Source: Octopus vulgaris
Lineage: Eukaryota
NCBI GenBank assembly: GCA_951406725.2
Contig: OX597827.1
Coordinates: 21,452,001 to 21,516,000, forward strand
Length of the DNA stretch: 64,000 nucleotides
Reading direction: 5' to 3'
Below are positions 58,926-64,000 of this stretch, in pieces. The stretch's first letter is position 1. Each line of letters begins with the position of its first letter. A program made the translations under genes and the position numbers. Below the pieces are notes generated by a model. The model was not told the origin of the DNA. It did not search any database and saw nothing but the letters and a program-made list of their open reading frames with translations.

Positions 58926-61900
58926 TGGCAATGATTGTTTAGAAAAGAGGCTTCAAAATTGTACCACAACATTTTAGTCCTTTGTCCTTCATTGCTAGGT
59001 GTATCATGAACTCAAGTAAATTCGTATAACCATGAAAGACATAATACACTCATGACAATGGGTACATTGAGTTGTTAAAAATGGGTGAAGGCAATATTTT
59101 TAAGATGTAGGTCACCAGTGTGAAACTTTTGAAAAGTTCTGATTTAGAGAGAAGTAACTTGAGACACCTGAACATAGAAGTGTTCAGTGGTCCTGTCTAA
59201 TGGACCAATTTCACTTCCGTCTTCCATGCTGGCACGGGTTGGAGGATATTGTGGAATCTGATGAACCAGAACACCTGGGATGAGCTAAAATGTCAGCTTT
59301 GGTTTCGACAGTTAGATGCTCTTCGTAAAGACAACCACATTACACTGTGTACCAGGCGCTTTTTCTTTTTCCTTTGTAACAGTGGTCCTAGTGACGTTAC
59401 CATGAAATGCACAAGACAAGACCCTTGGACTGAAGAGAGCTGCAGCAGTGAAGGCAGTGGCTTTGTGCCACCAACTACCAAGAGTAGGAACAGAAGAACA
59501 GGAACAGTTGAAAAGGGAGAAAGGATAGAGATGTGAGGGCATACCTTCAAGGAACAGGAAGAGAGAGGATCAAGGATAGGCAGATGTGTAGGTTCGTGAG
59601 TGTGAAAGGAGAGTGGAGATGGTTAGAGAAGTGGAGATGTGAACTTGCAATGCTTAAATACAAGAAAGCAAGAAGAAAATTTGTTAGTGAAGGGTTTCAA
59701 CAATTTGAGCAAAGTGGTATGAAATATCTACACAAAAATGAAACTTTCAGATGTCTTAAAAAAGTTACAATACAAAACACACCGTATAAGTAATTTATTA
59801 ACAACAACAAAAAACAAAAGAAACATGAATATTATGAAGAATAAAAGGAGAAAAATTTCTCTTTGCTTTTTTTTTGTTAAAAATATACCGAATGTAAAAT
59901 ATGTTATAATTTAATAATGAAAATATAATTACTTTGTAACATTACCCCCAGTGCATCACTGGTATTTATTTTATCGACCCCGAAAGGATGAAAGGCAAAG
60001 TCAACCCCGGCAGAATTTCAACTCAGAATGTGAAGACGGACAAAATGCCACAAAGAATTTTGCCCAGTGTGCTAACGAGTCTGCCAGCATGCCAGCTTAC
60101 GGGATGTAGATGATATTAATTATGATAAGTATGTTGCTTCTCATCATCTGCTCCTGTCCTTCTGTGCTTGATAACAAGTCAACAGGACATTGTTGAACAT
60201 CCTGTTGACCCGTCCAAACCCTGCCCAGCATGTATAATTTATAAATAAAATAATTATATTTCCATTTTAAATTATAACAAATTTACTTCAACCCTTTAAC
60301 ATTTAAGCTGGCCATATGTGGCCCAAACATTCCGCCAGTTTCCAGTTCAAACCAGCCTGATCCAGCCTCTCACACTTACCTTGCAATAATCGTTTTAAAT
60401 GTAAAGAGTCACATCATTGAAATCCCAAAGCCACAAGATAATGCATGATTAATTCAAAACAATTTGAATAAACGAGAATTAAATTTGACAAAGTAATCTC
60501 AATGCTGAAAAGTTAAATATTTCTTTAACAAGAAAATATAAGAGAAAACTAAATTTTTCAAATTTTAAATATGTAATGAAAATTAAAATATACATTTGAT
60601 ATTTCTGAGAAATGGAAAATAATACCAGTAAAAGAACCAATTATTCTTTTTGCACCAATTTTGAATGATTAATAAATAAATAAACTTTTTTTAAATCCTC
60701 AAACCCTGGATGTTATATGCCAAATAGTTACTTGAATTCCCTGTACAATTGATATGAATATTTTAAGGACAACAGAATGAATTTACTAAGACACTCCATC
60801 ATGCCATATCCTAATTAACAACAATAATTTGCAGTTAATTTGTTATAAAAGTAAAAAGAAAAGAAAGGAATGATCATATATTTAAAAAATAATTAACAAG
60901 GGAGTCCTTATCATTTAATGTCCATTTTCCATGCTGGCATGGATTGAACGGTTTGACAGGAACAGCACTAGGTCCCATTGTCTGTTTTGGCTGGGTTTCT
61001 ACAGCTGGATACCCTTCCTAATACCAACCACTTTACAGAATGGACTGGGTGCTTTTTATGTGGCACCAGCACCTAGAAAAATAGAATATTTATATATATA
61101 TCTCAATGACTCAAAACCCAGTTTGCAAATAACTATGGAAACCAATTATATGATTAATAAATGGGACAATATCATGAGTTCTATTTGACTAATATGAAGG
61201 CATGTTAATACATATATATACATATATACGACTGGCTTCTTTCAGTTTCCGTCTACCAAATCCACTCAAAAGGCTTTGGTTGGCCCGAGGTTATAGTAGA
61301 AGACACTTGCCGAAGGTGCCACGCAGTGGGACTGAACCCGGAACCATGTGGTTGGTACGCTACATACCACACAGCCACTCCAGCGCCTATTTAGAAAAAA
61401 AAATGGCACTGTCATACTTTTAGTTGTCAGAAGTGAAAGTAGAAAAATCTGACGTCAGACGTCAACTTTGTGTATTTACGTCGTCAGGTTTATACCTTCG
61501 TTAATTTACGCCGTTTATTTACGTACCACCACGCTGTTAGGTTTATAAAACAATTGCAGTTCAGTTTAAAGTTTATAAATAAATACATTTCATTCCATGT
61601 TCTGTTTAAACTTTATAAATAAATATATTCTTGCAGTGTGTGTATATGTGGCTATATGTCTGACTAATGTGTGTGTGTATAAGATGTGTCTATACATGTA
61701 TCATCATCATCATCATCATCATCGTTTAACGTCCGTTTTCCGCGCTAGCACGGGTTGGACGGTTTCGACCGGGGTCTGGGGAGCCAGGGGCTGCCCCAGG
61801 CTCCAGTCTGGTCTGGCAGTGTTTCTACAGCTGGATGCCCTTCCTAACGCCAACCACTCCGCGAGTGTAGTGGGTGCTTTTTACGTGCCACCTGCACAGG

Positions 61901-62230
61901 TGCCAGAGGGGTCTGGCATCGGCCACGGTCGGTTGGTGCTTTTTTATGTGCCACCTGCACAGATGCGGTGCTGGCATTGGCCACGTTCGGATGGTGCTTT
62001 TTATGTGGGGGGGGGGGTGCAGAAATGTAGGGGAGCACCAGTGGGGAGGGGTGGTTCAGAGAAATGATGACAGGTTCTAGGCAAGTAGAACGTAGGATAT
62101 CAAGAGAGGGGTAATGCATGGTGAAATAGCGTATTGAGGAGGGGGGTTCGAAGAGTAGACACCTATAATGGTGGTGGGAGAAGCGACATCTGTTATAGAT
62201 GGAGCAAAAATATAGATATATATATATATA

Positions 62231-64000
62231 TCTCTTCTCTATATATAAAACTGAAATGCGTTTTTACTGCCTTGGATCGCTTTCAATGCCACTACATCCC
62301 GTCCGATTCACTTCAAAATTTACAGGGACATGTAGAATGAGGTGACGATGCCCGTGGGCTACCTTAGAAATCCCTATCTTGAAAGATGTCGTTGCTAGGG
62401 GCCATCTTCCTCACTCACGCTATTTCCTCCTTTCCCTCTCTTACTCCCCTTCATTTATAACTTTGAGATTTCCACTCCCGTTATTTAATGTATTCCCCTC
62501 AACTCCCTTTCACTTTCCCTTTATAAGTTCGTCAGACGGCTTTCTTTGATGTATCTGTCTGCATTCATAGGGAGAATTATCATCGCTACCAACAACACAC
62601 AATCATGAGAACAAATATTATGAATCAGATATTCATTGCGTTCATTTATATAAGTGTGTGTGTGTGTGTTCGATATATAAATATGTATATATAATGTATA
62701 TATACAAAGTGTATATATCTGTATTTATGTATATTAAACTTTTTAATACTTTTTGATAGTTATATATATTTTTAAACAAATTATAAATATAATTTAATAA
62801 TTTTTATTTTAAATTTAAATAATTTAAATTTTTCAATTTTATATATTTTCTATATTATATTTTAATTTTTTTTTGCCTATTAGTGGTTTTATCTCTAATT
62901 TAATTTATACATATATATATATAATTTGTATATATAATGAATCCATCTAAAGGCACCTGGTCCCCACCCCACCCCTATCATTCTTCCTGATCACCGATGT
63001 TCACAGCAAGTCTATATTTTTTCTCTCCCTATCTTCCACAACTTACATACATTTGCCGCTAATCGTTTTCATATGTTTGAACTTATACACTAACGAGCTT
63101 GCTTTCCCTATCTTATTCTTTCTCTACGAAATTTAATCCCTTTAGGTACCCTCTATCCTTCTCTACGAAGTTTAATTCGATCTTCGCCACGCTTTCCCTA
63201 TCTTATTCTTTCTCTACGAAATTTAATCTCACGCTTTCCCTATCTTATTCTTTCTCTACGAAATTTAATCCCTTCAGATACCCTCTATTCTTTCTCTACG
63301 AAGTTTAATTCGATCTTCGCCACGCTTTCCCTATCTTATTCTTTCTCTACGAAATTTAATCTCACGCTTTCCCTATCTTATTCTTTCTCTACGAAATTTA
63401 ATCCCTTAAGATACCCTCTATTCTTTCTCTACGAAGTTTAATCCGATCTTCGCCATTCGCGGTATCTTCAAAAACGAAAATCGCCATTATCATTACCATT
63501 CCCAAATTCAAACTTCCGTCTTCTCCAAATCAGAGACTTTCGGTCAATCCATCTAAAGGCACCTGGTCCCCACCCCACCCCTATCATTCTTCCTGATCAC
63601 CGATGTTCACAGCAAGTCTATATTTTTTCTCTCCCTATCTTCCACAACTTACATACATTTGCCGCTAATCGTTTTTAAATGTTTGAACTTATACACTAAC
63701 GAGCTTGCCTTCCCTATCTTATTCTTTCTCTACGAAATTTAATCTCACGCTTTCCCTATCTTATTCTTTCTCTACGAAATTTAATCCCTTCAGATACCCT
63801 CTATTCTTTCTCTACGAAGTTTAATTCGATCTTCGCCACGCTTTCCCTATCTTATTCTTTCTCTACGAAATTTAATCTCACGCTTTCCCTATCTTATTCT
63901 TTCTCTACGAAATTTAATCTCACGCTTTCCCTATCTTATTCTTTCTCTACGAAATTTAATCCCTTAAGATACCCTCTATTCTTTCTCTACGAAGTTTAAT
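62231..64000 (+). mobile_element. Second copy of the 50654 Helitron 5' part, followed by satellite; runs off the window
   Basis: 62231-62938 nearly identical to 50654-51373; whether the satellite is inside the element cannot be seen. Confidence 0.7.
62941..64000. repeat. Higher-order tandem repeat (~606-bp unit with 42-bp and ~53-bp subrepeats)
   Basis: atccatctaaaggcacc at 62941 and 63547; subunits share ttctttctctacgaartttaat. Confidence 0.9.

Noticed and set aside
63100-64000. CRISPR-like periodicity (also 56776-57087)
   Set aside because: Tandem units without unique spacers, no cas genes, eukaryotic context

Overview
AT-rich, repeat-dense eukaryotic DNA; the SINE/RTE families resemble those I know from octopus, so a coleoid cephalopod source is inferred, not proven. 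Two intron-rich genes converge tail to tail. (1) A hexokinase on + with 9 exons in the window (4193-20460, 398 codons plus stop; the 5' exons were not found and probably lie upstream). (2) A complete 10-exon GH79 heparanase-like gene on - (ATG 53212, stop 25806; 1494 nt, 497 aa, signal peptide, both catalytic Glu). Splice sites and phases were read by eye and join in frame. The rest is mobile DNA: tRNA-derived SINEs, RTE, CR1, CRE and Penelope-like retroelements, Helitrons, mariner, and hAT/piggyBac/MULE-type MITEs, plus microsatellites. Most notable: hammerhead-ribozyme motifs (one canonical, on the heparanase pre-mRNA strand; one inside a perfect 68-bp inverted repeat), a linker-less heparanase with leech-hyaluronidase-like motifs, an out-of-order hexokinase exon copy ending at a palindrome, a GIY-YIG motif amplified 8x in frame, and two local duplications that preserve empty versus filled TE sites. 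Nearly all ORF-track entries are repeat artefacts. Repeat boundaries are approximate unless TSD/TIR coordinates are given.
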